Assembly: GCA_964588585.1 (NCBI GenBank)
Contig: CAZPPX010000009.1
Location: forward strand, 119,338-151,337
DNA length: 32,000 nt
Direction of reading: 5' to 3'
Source: an uncultured Phycisphaeraceae bacterium
GTDB taxonomy: Bacteria > Planctomycetota > Phycisphaerae > Phycisphaerales > UBA1924
The notes beneath the pieces were generated by a model that was not told where the DNA came from, ran no database searches, and worked only from the letters and a program-made list of their open reading frames with translations. Positions within the stretch are counted from its first letter, which is position 1; the number at the start of each line of letters is the position of its first letter. The position numbers and the translations under genes are program-made. Positions 1 to 8,594 of this stretch are shown piece after piece.

Positions 1-446
1 AGGGCGACCTGGAAGTTTTGCCAGGCTCGACGCTTGATATCGAGGTCGGCGGTCCGGCCTCTGACCAGATTGATCGCGTCGTGGGTGTGAACTCGGCGAG
101 CCTCGCCGGCACGCTCCGCATCCGCTTCGCGAGTGGCTTCACTCCCGGGCCGTTCCTCAACGTGCCGGTGCTCGATGCCGCGAGCATCGCTGGCGGTTTC
201 GAATCGATCGAACTCCCGCCCGAATCGCCCGCTCTTCGCCTGCGGTTCTCGGATGACGGCGTGAGCCTGGTCGCGTGCTATGCCGACGTCGACGGCGACG
301 GCAACCTGACCCCCGATGACCTCTCGGACTACATCGCGTGCTACTTTGACCCCAACCCGTGTGCCGTGGCGGATGTCAACGTGGATGGGAGCGTTGATCC
401 CGATGACCTCTCCGACTACATCGGGCTCTATTTCAGCGGCTGCTGA
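1..446 (+). CDS. 3-prime end of a secreted/surface protein gene that starts upstream of the window; ends in two dockerin/EF-hand-like repeats and a terminal Gly-Cys
   Basis: Frame is open from base 3 (GDLEVLPGSTLDIEVGG...), with the stop at 444-446. C-terminus DVDGDGNLTPDDLSDYIACYF...DVNVDGSVDPDDLSDYIGLYFSGC carries two DxDxDG-type loops. The same module recurs at about 25890-26048. Confidence 0.75.
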   Translation, partial: GDLEVLPGSTLDIEVGGPASDQIDRVVGVNSASLAGTLRIRFASGFTPGPFLNVPVLDAASIAGGFESIELPPESPALRLRFSDDGVSLVACYADVDGDGNLTPDDLSDYIACYFDPNPCAVADVNVDGSVDPDDLSDYIGLYFSGC

Positions 447-487
447 CTCACGGTCTGATCGACGAAACTCGCGACCCAAAGTGCCCC

Positions 488-520
488 GGCCCGCTGCGTG
501 AACAGCGGGCCGTTTTCATT
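488..520 (+). terminator. Rho-independent terminator-like hairpin
   Basis: GGCCCGCTG-cgtgaa-CAGCGGGCC (488-511) is followed by GTTTTCATT, 42 nt after the stop at 446. Confidence 0.7.
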
Positions 521-725
521 CGGCTGTAGACCGAGGGGCGCCCCCTAGGGCATTGGGAGTATTCAGTTTGCACAGTTCTCACAAACTGGAAACCCGAGCC
601 GATTCCTGCGACAACACTCCCCCGTTCGTGTTCCCTTGTCCCGGGGTTCGTGTTGGTGACGCACCGACTTCTTGTCCGGGCTACGGTTTGAACGATTTGA
701 TGATTGTTGCTGATCTGGATTCGAT

Positions 726-1109
726 ATGCCGCCCACTGCCCTTGCTGCCCGACGCCGATTGCGCGTCGCGTTCATTCTGATGTGTGTTGCCGGTTCCCTG
801 GTTGGGGGGCTAGGCTTGGTGTGGCTGTTTGCGCCCAGCGCGTTCAGGCCGCTGGAGACGCTTGATCTGCTGGTGATTGTGGGGATTCTGGTGCTGCCGG
901 CGGTGACGGGGTGGTCGATGCTGCGGGAGTCGCGCGAGGGGCGAGGTATGATTCTTGCAGTGGGTGGCCAGCCGATGGAAGCGGTTGCAGTCAATGCTGG
1001 CTCGCCCGTGGCCCCGGCGCGGGGGAACCCGGGTCGAACGTTGCAGCACCAGCATGGGCATCCGCATCCGCACCCGGCACCTGCCCGGCATGCTCGGGCT
1101 GAAGCCTGA
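726..1109 (+). CDS. hypothetical small membrane protein (two hydrophobic helices, His/Pro-rich tail HQHGHPHPHP)
   Basis: ATG ORF of 127 aa with two stretches long enough to be TM helices (FILMCVAGSLVGGLGLVWLF and LLVIVGILVLPAVTGW). It ends 27 nt before nfo. No recognisable family. Confidence 0.4.
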   Translation: MPPTALAARRRLRVAFILMCVAGSLVGGLGLVWLFAPSAFRPLETLDLLVIVGILVLPAVTGWSMLRESREGRGMILAVGGQPMEAVAVNAGSPVAPARGNPGRTLQHQHGHPHPHPAPARHARAEA

Positions 1110-1136
1110 CCAACGGATGGCTGGGTACCCTCGGGC

Positions 1137-2291
1137 ATGTTCGGCTCACATCTCTCGATTGCTGGATCGATGCACTTGGCGCTGCTGGAAGCGGAGCGGC
1201 TGGGGCTCGATTGCGTGCAGGTCTTCACCAAGAACCAGCAGCAGTGGAAGGCTCCACCGCTGAAGGCGGAGGCGATTGCGGCGTGGAAAGCCGAACTGGC
1301 GCGGCTGGGGTGGGATTCCGGTCCGGGCAGGCCCGCGAGGGTGTCGAGCCACGCGTCGTACCTGATCAATATCGCTTCGCCGGACCCGGGTTTGCGAGAA
1401 GGTTCGATCGCCCTGCTGCGCGACGAGGTGGACCGGTGCGAGGCGCTGGACATCGGCCTGCTGGTGTTCCATCCCGGGGCGCATACGACGAGCACCCGTG
1501 AGGAGGGGTTGGAGCGGATCGCGGACGGCTGCGCGACGATCCTGAAAGCCACGGCGGGCTATCGCACGGCGATGTGCTTTGAGAACGTGGCCGGCGCGGG
1601 GAGTTCGCTGGGCCGCGGCTTAGAGGAACTGGCGTGGCTGCGGGAGCGCACGATCGCGCTGGCGGGCGAGGCGTTGGCGGAACGCGTCGGGTTCTGCATT
1701 GATACCTGTCACGCGCACGCGGCGGGATATGACCTTTCGACGCTTGTTGCCGGGGCGGCGTTCATGGCTGATCTTGAACGAGTGGTGGGCCTGGCCAACG
1801 TGCGGTGCCTGCATGTGAACGACTCAAAGGGCGTGTGCGGTTCGCGGCTGGATCGGCACGAGCACATCGGCCGGGGCACGATCGGGGCCGACTGTGGTGG
1901 TGGGTTCGCGGCGGTCGTCGGGCATACGGCGCTGGCAAACGTGCCCAAGGTGATGGAGACGCCCAAGGGCGACGGCCCGGAGGGCGTGAACTGGGACACG
2001 ATCAACGTGAAGGCGCTGCGTGATCTGGTGAGCGGGAAGTTGCTGCCCAAGGTTGATCTGGCGGCGGCGGCCAAGCCAGCGGGCTCGAAGAAGCCGAGGG
2101 TTGTCAAGCCCGTGCCGAGCGCGAACGGCGAGCCAAAGGCCAAGCCCTTGGCGCGGAAGTCCTCAGGCCAAAAGGCTGGTGCAAAGAAGCCGAGCGCCAA
2201 GAAAAAGGTCAGCGGCGGCGGCGGAGCAAAGCGAGCGAAGCGAGCGCCAGGGGCGCGATCGCCCCGGGCGAAGGCATCGCGACGACGGTGA
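1137..2291 (+). CDS. nfo: endonuclease IV (AP endonuclease, Nfo family) with an ~85-aa Lys/Ala/Pro-rich basic C-terminal tail
   Basis: N-terminus MFGSHLSIAGS...LGLDCVQVFTKNQQQW, plus HASYLINIASPD, VFHPGAH, CIDTCHAHAAGYD and LHVNDSK match the Endo IV TIM-barrel metal-site motifs. After about aa 300 the sequence becomes AAAAKPAGSKKPRVVKP...KKPSAKKKVSGGGGAKRAKRAPG...RRR. Confidence 0.9.
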   Translation: MFGSHLSIAGSMHLALLEAERLGLDCVQVFTKNQQQWKAPPLKAEAIAAWKAELARLGWDSGPGRPARVSSHASYLINIASPDPGLREGSIALLRDEVDRCEALDIGLLVFHPGAHTTSTREEGLERIADGCATILKATAGYRTAMCFENVAGAGSSLGRGLEELAWLRERTIALAGEALAERVGFCIDTCHAHAAGYDLSTLVAGAAFMADLERVVGLANVRCLHVNDSKGVCGSRLDRHEHIGRGTIGADCGGGFAAVVGHTALANVPKVMETPKGDGPEGVNWDTINVKALRDLVSGKLLPKVDLAAAAKPAGSKKPRVVKPVPSANGEPKAKPLARKSSGQKAGAKKPSAKKKVSGGGGAKRAKRAPGARSPRAKASRRR

Positions 2292-4755
2292 GGACGAGTT
2301 CGTTGTTGACCCACGCCACCTGCGCCGCGATGCCGGTGTTGAAGGGCACGGCCCGGGCGAAGGTGCCGGTGACGCCGCCGGTGGCTTGGGCGAGGACGAA
2401 CTGCTCGCCGATCTCGGGCGTGAAGGCGCTGATGAAGGAATAGCGGACATCGCCCGCGAGGCCTTGCGGACCTTGGTGGATGACGAGGCCGTTGAAGAGG
2501 ATGAAGTCGTTGAGGATGCCGCGTACGCCGGCGAGGGTGTCGGTGGCGCCGATCTCGAAGACGAGCGAGGCCCCCTCGCCGATGGCGGTTTCGCCGACGA
2601 TTTCGAGCATGCCCGGGGAGTTGCCGGCAGCGATGCTGCCGCCCGGGCCGAGGACGATCTGGCCGGCGGTGATGATGCCGGTGCCGGTGGTGGGGCCGGT
2701 GAGGGCATAGGTGCCGGTGACGTTGAGCGCACCGCCGCCGAGGCTGGTGGCACCGGCTTGGTTGAAGTTGCCCGGGATGTTGAGGGTGGCGGCGGTGTCG
2801 CCGGCTTCGCCGACGGCGAGGATGGCAGTGGACTGGCTGGAGAGGCTGCCCGCGAGCGTGCGTGATTCGCCCGGGGCCACCGAGAACTGGGCACCGGTCT
2901 GGATGAGGTTGAGGGCGCTGAAGGCGTCGAGCCCGTTGGTGGAGTTGGTGATTCGGCCGCCGGGGCGGACGAAGACGCCGGAGGGGACGCTGGTGAACGC
3001 GGCACCCGGGAAGCGGAGTTCGCCCGAGATATCGAGCGTGCCGCCGGTGAAGGAGAAGGTGGTGGCGCTCTGGGCGCGGACGATCGAGTTCTTGCCGACG
3101 ACGAGCGTGGCGCTGTCGAGCGAGAACGCGGTGGTGCTGGTGGCGTAATCGCGCCCGCCGGTGACGGTGAAGGTGCGGGCGGTGGAGATGGTGGCGAGGG
3201 CGGCGAGCGCGTCGGCGTTATTCGTTTGATTGCGCACGGCCGACAAGGCACCATCGAGCGTGAGGTTGGCGTTGAGCGTGAGGATGGCGGCATCGTTCCA
3301 ACGGAGCGTGCCCTGGGCCACATAGACGCCATCGGTGAGGGTGTTGGAGGCGAAGTTGGCGAGGTTGCCCAGCGAGATGGTGGAGTTGGTGCCCGCGGTG
3401 ACGCGCGCGGTGGGCTCCACGGTGAACGTCGCGGCCCCGGTGGAGAACGCGCGGCCGTTGCGGGTGGTGAACTCGCCGCCGGTGACGATGCGGGAGAGGT
3501 TGGCGAGGCGATCGGCGTTGCTGGCGGAGGTGTCACCGATGAGGGAGTTGGTGCCGTCGAGGGTGAGGCGGGCGTCGAGGGAGGTGATGTCGGTGCCGCC
3601 GAGGTCGGCGAGGAGGCGACCGGTGAGGTTGTAGGTGCCGCCAGCGAGCGTGCCGCCGGAGACGTTGGTGAAGGCTGAGCCGCCGGCGACGGTGAAGTCG
3701 CTGCCCGCGCCGAGGGTGAGTTGGCCGTTGTTGGTGAAGTTGCCGGTAGTGGTGAAATCGCGCCCGCCCGCGAGGGCGAGTTTGCCGCTGGGGGTGATGA
3801 GGGCGAGGTTGTCGAGGGCGGCAAACGCGCCGGTGCCGGTGAGGGTGACATCGGCGTTGAGCGTGGTGATGGACGCGCCCACGAAATCGAGCGTGGCCCC
3901 GTTGGCGACGCGGTAGGTGCCGGTGGAGAGGGTGGTGCCGGTGAGGGTGGAGGGGGCGAGCAGGTTGGCGCGGAGGGTGCCGGTCTGGACGTCCACGGTG
4001 CCGAGGTTGGCGAACTCGACGGTGTCGATGTCGGTGGTGGAAGCGGGGCCGTTCTTGACGAGGCGGCCATTGTTGACGAAGCGGCCTCCGCCGGTGCCGG
4101 TGATGGGGGCGGCACTGGCGAGGGTGAAGGTGGAGGCGAAGTTGTTGGTGAAGCGGCCGCTGGTTCCCTGGATGATGAGGCGGCCGGTGCCGGTGAGCGT
4201 GGCGGCAGCGCCGCGGTGGTCGACATCGGAATCGCAGATGTCGTTGTCGCTGGCGCCGATGAAGTTGAGCGGGCCGAAGGTGGTGACGCGGGTCTGCATG
4301 AGCAGGGCGGTGTCGAACGTGGCGGCGCCGCGGATGGTGAGGCTGTTGCCCGCGCCGCCGCCGAGGACGGCTTCCCCGACTTGCTGATGGGTGCCCAGGA
4401 CGCTGAGCGCGCGGCCGGCGAGGTTGAGATCGATGGTGCCGACGGCGTTCTGCAGTTGCAGGTTGGTGACGGTGATGGGTGTCGCGAGGGCGACGGCGTA
4501 GACGCCATCAAGGGTGATGAGCGCGTTGAAGCGATTGGGGCCGCTGTTGTTGGGCACCTGGTTCGTGGACCAGTTGCTGGCCTGACTCCATGAGCCGCCG
4601 CTGGCGTTGTTCCACTGGACGTCGGTTTGCGCGGCGACGTGGCCGGCGAAGAGCGCGATGCTGCCGCCCGCGAGGAGCGCGAGGCGGAGCGCGGACCGCG
4701 CGGGTGCGGGATGGATAGAAGGGGACGAAGGGGCGCGATGACGCGTCATGCTCAC
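2209..4755 (-). CDS. secreted beta-helix repeat protein (autotransporter-associated beta-strand-like repeats) with a PEP-CTERM-like C-terminal sorting signal
   Basis: Signal peptide ...LALLAGGSIALFAGHVAAQ. About 800 aa of G/T/N/A/L-rich degenerate repeats (e.g. GTGRLIIQGTSGRF, GGTLAGGTYNLTGRL). C-terminus MPSPGAIAPLALASLALLRRRR has a P-x-P motif, a hydrophobic helix and an Arg cluster. GGAGAG lies about 6 nt before the ATG. Confidence 0.8.
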   Translation of the reverse strand: MSMTRHRAPSSPSIHPAPARSALRLALLAGGSIALFAGHVAAQTDVQWNNASGGSWSQASNWSTNQVPNNSGPNRFNALITLDGVYAVALATPITVTNLQLQNAVGTIDLNLAGRALSVLGTHQQVGEAVLGGGAGNSLTIRGAATFDTALLMQTRVTTFGPLNFIGASDNDICDSDVDHRGAAATLTGTGRLIIQGTSGRFTNNFASTFTLASAAPITGTGGGRFVNNGRLVKNGPASTTDIDTVEFANLGTVDVQTGTLRANLLAPSTLTGTTLSTGTYRVANGATLDFVGASITTLNADVTLTGTGAFAALDNLALITPSGKLALAGGRDFTTTGNFTNNGQLTLGAGSDFTVAGGSAFTNVSGGTLAGGTYNLTGRLLADLGGTDITSLDARLTLDGTNSLIGDTSASNADRLANLSRIVTGGEFTTRNGRAFSTGAATFTVEPTARVTAGTNSTISLGNLANFASNTLTDGVYVAQGTLRWNDAAILTLNANLTLDGALSAVRNQTNNADALAALATISTARTFTVTGGRDYATSTTAFSLDSATLVVGKNSIVRAQSATTFSFTGGTLDISGELRFPGAAFTSVPSGVFVRPGGRITNSTNGLDAFSALNLIQTGAQFSVAPGESRTLAGSLSSQSTAILAVGEAGDTAATLNIPGNFNQAGATSLGGGALNVTGTYALTGPTTGTGIITAGQIVLGPGGSIAAGNSPGMLEIVGETAIGEGASLVFEIGATDTLAGVRGILNDFILFNGLVIHQGPQGLAGDVRYSFISAFTPEIGEQFVLAQATGGVTGTFARAVPFNTGIAAQVAWVNNELVLTVVAMPSPGAIAPLALASLALLRRRR

Positions 4756-4951
4756 TCTCCGCGGGCGGTGGGGCAGGAACGGATCGGGACGGGACGATGA
4801 AGGCGTTGTGGGGCGAAGGAAGGATTAGGCGTGGGATGCAGGTTGGTGAAGTGTGGGGTGTGTGCCGCACGCTTTAGTTTACATGAGATTGGCTGCGGAT
4901 CACGTCAAAAGCGGCTGGATTCGTTGTGGAATCGGGCAGGATGGTGAGGAT

Positions 4952-7867
4952 TCATGGGGCTTTGCGCAGGGCGTCTTCGATGTCGGCAAGGTCCTGGTTC
5001 ACGCGGGCGGTTTCGGACTCGCGCACGGCGATGCTGGCGGCGACGAGGGCCTGGAAGGCCTCGCGGGAACGGGTGTAGTGGAGGCGGGCGCGGGCAAGGG
5101 CTTCGGTGCGCGTGGTGCCGGTGGCGGATTCGGCACCCAGTTTCTCTATCTCGCCCAGTTTGAAGAAGGCCACGGCGAGGTCGCGACGGTGCTGCTCGGT
5201 GGGGTCGGTGGCGAACAGGTCCTGGCGGATGGCGAGGGAGCGCTCGAAGGTGGCGAGGGCTTCAGCGCGCGAAGCGAGGTTCAGGCGTGAGAGATCGCGT
5301 TGCGTGTTGCCCAGTTTGTTCAGGACCAGCGCGAGTTCGCGCCGCGCGGAGAGGTTGGAGGCGTCGGCGGCGACGAGTTCCTCGGCCAGAGCCCGCGCGA
5401 GGGTGAACTTGGCGAGCGCGGCGCGGTAGTGGGAGGCGGCGGGGTAGTCGGGTGCGGGGGTGGGGGGTGTGCTGGGCGCGTCGGATGAGGCCGCGTCGCC
5501 CATGCGCATGAGGGCGTCGCCGGTGTTGTAGAGGGCGAGCATCTGCTCGCGGCGGAGGATGCCGCTTTGCGGGTGGGCGCCGTGCAGGCGTTCGAAGTCG
5601 AGGGCGGCGAGTTCGCCCAAGCGCACGGCTTCGCGGAGGGACGCGTCGGCGTCGCGCGCCAGGCGCGCGGCGTCATCGGCCTGACCGGCCTTGGTCGCGG
5701 CGCTCGCGGCGGCGGAGAGCGCGCGGCCCAGCGTGACGTGCGCGCGGGCGCGCTGGTCGGTCACGCGGCCCAGGCGGCGGACCGCGAGCCGATCGCCCAC
5801 GTCGGCGCGGAAGCGGTCGCGCCAGTAGGACTCGATTTCGCCGTAGGAAGCAAGGGCCTCGGCGATGAGGCCCGGGGCGCGCTCGGTGTCGCGGGCCGCG
5901 TCGGCGGCTTGCACGCGGGCCCACGCGGCGTCGGCCAGCGCCTCGATGCGCGATTGCCGGGCGCGCGTCTCGGTGGCGGGGAGCGTGGTGAGGGCACTGT
6001 CGATCAGCGCCACGGCTCGGTCATAGGTCGGGATGCTGTCGGTGGCTTTGCCCGAGCGCAGCAGGGCGTCGGCCGCGCGGCGGAGGCTCTCGGCCATCGC
6101 CAACTGGTTCGCGGGTTCGTTCGGGGCTTCGGCGATCAAAGTCTCGCGGATGGTGCGGGCACGGTCGTAGTGGGCGGCACCCTGCGCGGTGGTGCCGGTG
6201 CGGGGCAGATAGAGGCCGGCCTCGATGTCGCCCACGCGGTCGTGGGCTTCGGCCAGTTCGCGGCGAAGGGCCGGATCGAGCGCGGGCGGCTTGTCGGGGG
6301 TGACGCTGCCCGGTGCTTTCGCCGCGACGCGCAAGGCCTCGGCGGCGAGGCGTTCGAGCGACGCGCGGGCGGCGACGAGCAGGCGTTCGCGCACGGGCGT
6401 GGCCCCGCGCAGGTCTTCGAGGCCGTCGGCCAAGTCGCTCATGAACACGCGGGCCATGTTGCGGGAGGCGTCGAAGTTGGCGCGGGCGTGGTCGAGGGCC
6501 TCGGCCTTGGCGCGCGATTCGGCCTGGGTCTGCGCCAGTTGGTCGGCCAGTTGGTCTTTCAGGCCCGCCTCGCGCGTGTACATCAGGGCCATGACGCCCG
6601 CGAAGACGATGAGCAATGCGAGCGCCCCGATCGCTGCGGCGACGGGGCCGCGGTGGCGGCGCAGGTGCTTGCCGATGACGTACCACCCGCTGTCGCGTTT
6701 GGCTTCGATGGGCTCGCCGCGCAGATAGCGGTGCAGGTCGCGGGCGAGTTCGCCCGCGGACTGGTAGCGGCGCTCAGGCTCTTTCGCGAGGCATTTGAGG
6801 ACGATGGTTTCGACTTCGTTGTTGATCTGGCGGCGGACGGTGGAAGGCCGGGCGGGCTCGGCCTTGAGGATGTTGTCGAGCACGTCGCGCATCTGCCCGA
6901 TCACGGGATAGGGGAAGCGCCCCGTGAGCATCTGGTAGAGGATCACGCCCAGCGAGTAGACGTCGGTGCGGAGATCGACCTTGTCGGGCAGGCCCGAGGC
7001 CTGCTCGGGGCTGGCCCAGGGGAGGGAGCCCACGAACTGCCCGGTCATGGTCATGACGCGGGGGGTACGGGGATGTGTGCCAGAGCGTGTGGTTCCTTTG
7101 CCGCCTGCGGCTGCGTTGTTGCCGTTGCTGCCAGTGCTGGCGCTGTCGTCGGCACCGGCCGCGATCTTGGCCAGGCCGAAGTCCAGAATGTGCGGACGGC
7201 CGCCGGCATCCAGGCGGATGTTCGAGGGCTTGAGGTCGCGGTGGATCACGCCCCGCAGGTGCGCGGCACTCACGGCCTCGCAGATCTCGATGAAGAGGCG
7301 CAGGACTTGATCGATGGGCTTGGGCTCGGTGCCGATGAGCGCGTCGAGCGTGTGGCCCGAGACATAGTCCATCACGAAGTAGAAGGCACCCTCGAGCCCC
7401 AGGTCGCTGGCGGAGCGCTCGCCGGAGGGGGAGGAAGACGAGCCGGAGGCGAGCACACCCGAGTCGTGCACTTTCACGATGCCCGGGTGGTCGAGTCCCG
7501 CGAGGATGCGGACTTCGCGTTCGATGCGGGCGCGTTCGCGGTCGCCGGCGAGGGGCCCGCCGTGGATGACTTTGATGGCGACCTTGCGCTGCGTGGAGCG
7601 CTGCACGGCGAGATAGACCACGCCCTGTCCGCCGCGGTGCACTTCGCGGACGATTTCGTAACCCGGGATGGCGTCTTTGGGCAGGCCGCGGGCGCGCGGC
7701 GGGAAGAGTTCGCCAGCCGGCCGCGGGGAGGCCTGGCGGAGGGCCCCTTCGATCAGGGCGCGTTCGCGATCGGAACCGGAGCCGGTACCTGGAAGGGGGG
7801 TTGGCGTGGGGGTCGGCGAAGGCGTCGGCGTGGGGTCGGGGGTTGGATTGGGGGGCTGTTCGGACAC
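4952..7867 (-). CDS. membrane-anchored Ser/Thr protein kinase with a ~480-aa helical/TPR-like region after the TM segment
   Basis: Hanks motifs are present: GGQGVVY, VAIKVI, HRDLKPSNIRL, DFGLAK, ASPEQ. One TM helix (VAAAIGALALLIVFAGVMALMY). The tracked ORF starts with TTG at 7885. I prefer GTG at 7867, preceded by GGGAG; the start is uncertain by 18 nt. Confidence 0.9.
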   Translation of the reverse strand: MSEQPPNPTPDPTPTPSPTPTPTPLPGTGSGSDRERALIEGALRQASPRPAGELFPPRARGLPKDAIPGYEIVREVHRGGQGVVYLAVQRSTQRKVAIKVIHGGPLAGDRERARIEREVRILAGLDHPGIVKVHDSGVLASGSSSSPSGERSASDLGLEGAFYFVMDYVSGHTLDALIGTEPKPIDQVLRLFIEICEAVSAAHLRGVIHRDLKPSNIRLDAGGRPHILDFGLAKIAAGADDSASTGSNGNNAAAGGKGTTRSGTHPRTPRVMTMTGQFVGSLPWASPEQASGLPDKVDLRTDVYSLGVILYQMLTGRFPYPVIGQMRDVLDNILKAEPARPSTVRRQINNEVETIVLKCLAKEPERRYQSAGELARDLHRYLRGEPIEAKRDSGWYVIGKHLRRHRGPVAAAIGALALLIVFAGVMALMYTREAGLKDQLADQLAQTQAESRAKAEALDHARANFDASRNMARVFMSDLADGLEDLRGATPVRERLLVAARASLERLAAEALRVAAKAPGSVTPDKPPALDPALRRELAEAHDRVGDIEAGLYLPRTGTTAQGAAHYDRARTIRETLIAEAPNEPANQLAMAESLRRAADALLRSGKATDSIPTYDRAVALIDSALTTLPATETRARQSRIEALADAAWARVQAADAARDTERAPGLIAEALASYGEIESYWRDRFRADVGDRLAVRRLGRVTDQRARAHVTLGRALSAAASAATKAGQADDAARLARDADASLREAVRLGELAALDFERLHGAHPQSGILRREQMLALYNTGDALMRMGDAASSDAPSTPPTPAPDYPAASHYRAALAKFTLARALAEELVAADASNLSARRELALVLNKLGNTQRDLSRLNLASRAEALATFERSLAIRQDLFATDPTEQHRRDLAVAFFKLGEIEKLGAESATGTTRTEALARARLHYTRSREAFQALVAASIAVRESETARVNQDLADIEDALRKAP

Positions 7868-7909
7868 GCAAGGCTCCCGAACCAAGGCAACGGCGGAATG
7901 GCCGATTGC

Positions 7910-8551
7910 TCACGACCCCTGGGAAAAGAACTTGGAGTCAGAACCCATCAGTTCGGCCAGTTGTTCGTGGGCACGGGCGCGGAGCATGAACACAGCACCT
8001 TCCGAGCGGCCCATCTCGCGGGCCACCTCGCTGGCGGAGCGCCCGGCGAGGTCGTACTGGCGGATGACGCGCTCGTAATCTGGCGGCAGGCGCTTGAGGG
8101 CCAGGTCCATGAGGGCGGCGGCCTCGCCTCGGCCGACGACGCGGCTGGGCGTCGCGCCGCCGCTGGAGAGCATGTCGATGAGCGCGATGGCGGATTCCTC
8201 GGGGTTCCCGCCCTGGGCCACGCGCTTGCGCGGGTCGGGGCGCTTGGCGCTTTCCATGGCGCGCACGGCATCGATCAGGTTGTTTTCCGCCAGGCGCGAG
8301 AGCCAGTTGAGAAAGTCCTTAGGCCCGCCCGTGACGAAGCGGTCGAGTTTCAGCACCGCTTCGAGGTAGGTCGTCTGCATCACGTCGTCTTCGTCGAGCA
8401 CGGCCCGCCATGCGGGGCTGATCTTGGTGGCGATGCGCTGGCGGATGACGATGCCCAGTTCGCTCAGGAGCGTGGTGAGGGCCTCGGTGCCGCCGGGGCC
8501 GCCGGCGCGGGCGCGGCGGAGGAGTTCGTCGTGGCGAGGTTCAAAGTCCAT
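7910..8551 (-). CDS. ECF-type RNA polymerase sigma-70 family factor
   Basis: 213 aa from MDFEPRHDELLRRARAG... Region 2-like DEDDVMQTTYLEAV and region 4 HTH LAGRSASEVAREMGRSEGAVFMLRARA. The 111-aa N-terminal extension in the tracked ORF overlaps the divergent gene and has no sigma-like sequence. Confidence 0.85.
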   Translation of the reverse strand: MDFEPRHDELLRRARAGGPGGTEALTTLLSELGIVIRQRIATKISPAWRAVLDEDDVMQTTYLEAVLKLDRFVTGGPKDFLNWLSRLAENNLIDAVRAMESAKRPDPRKRVAQGGNPEESAIALIDMLSSGGATPSRVVGRGEAAALMDLALKRLPPDYERVIRQYDLAGRSASEVAREMGRSEGAVFMLRARAHEQLAELMGSDSKFFSQGS

Positions 8552-8594
8552 GGTGGCTGGCTGAGTGTACCCGGATTCGCCCGTAGGATTGGGG

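Noticed and set aside
563-1552. 329-aa minus-strand ORF
   Set aside because: It overlaps the N-terminal third of nfo in antisense and has an Arg/Ser/Pro-rich shadow composition.
2163-4511. 782-aa ORF, extremely rich in Pro, Ser, Ala and Thr, on the minus strand
   Set aside because: It is an alternative frame of the 848-aa beta-helix gene (2209-4755). It has low-complexity composition typical of an off-frame read in high-GC DNA, with no signal peptide or motifs.
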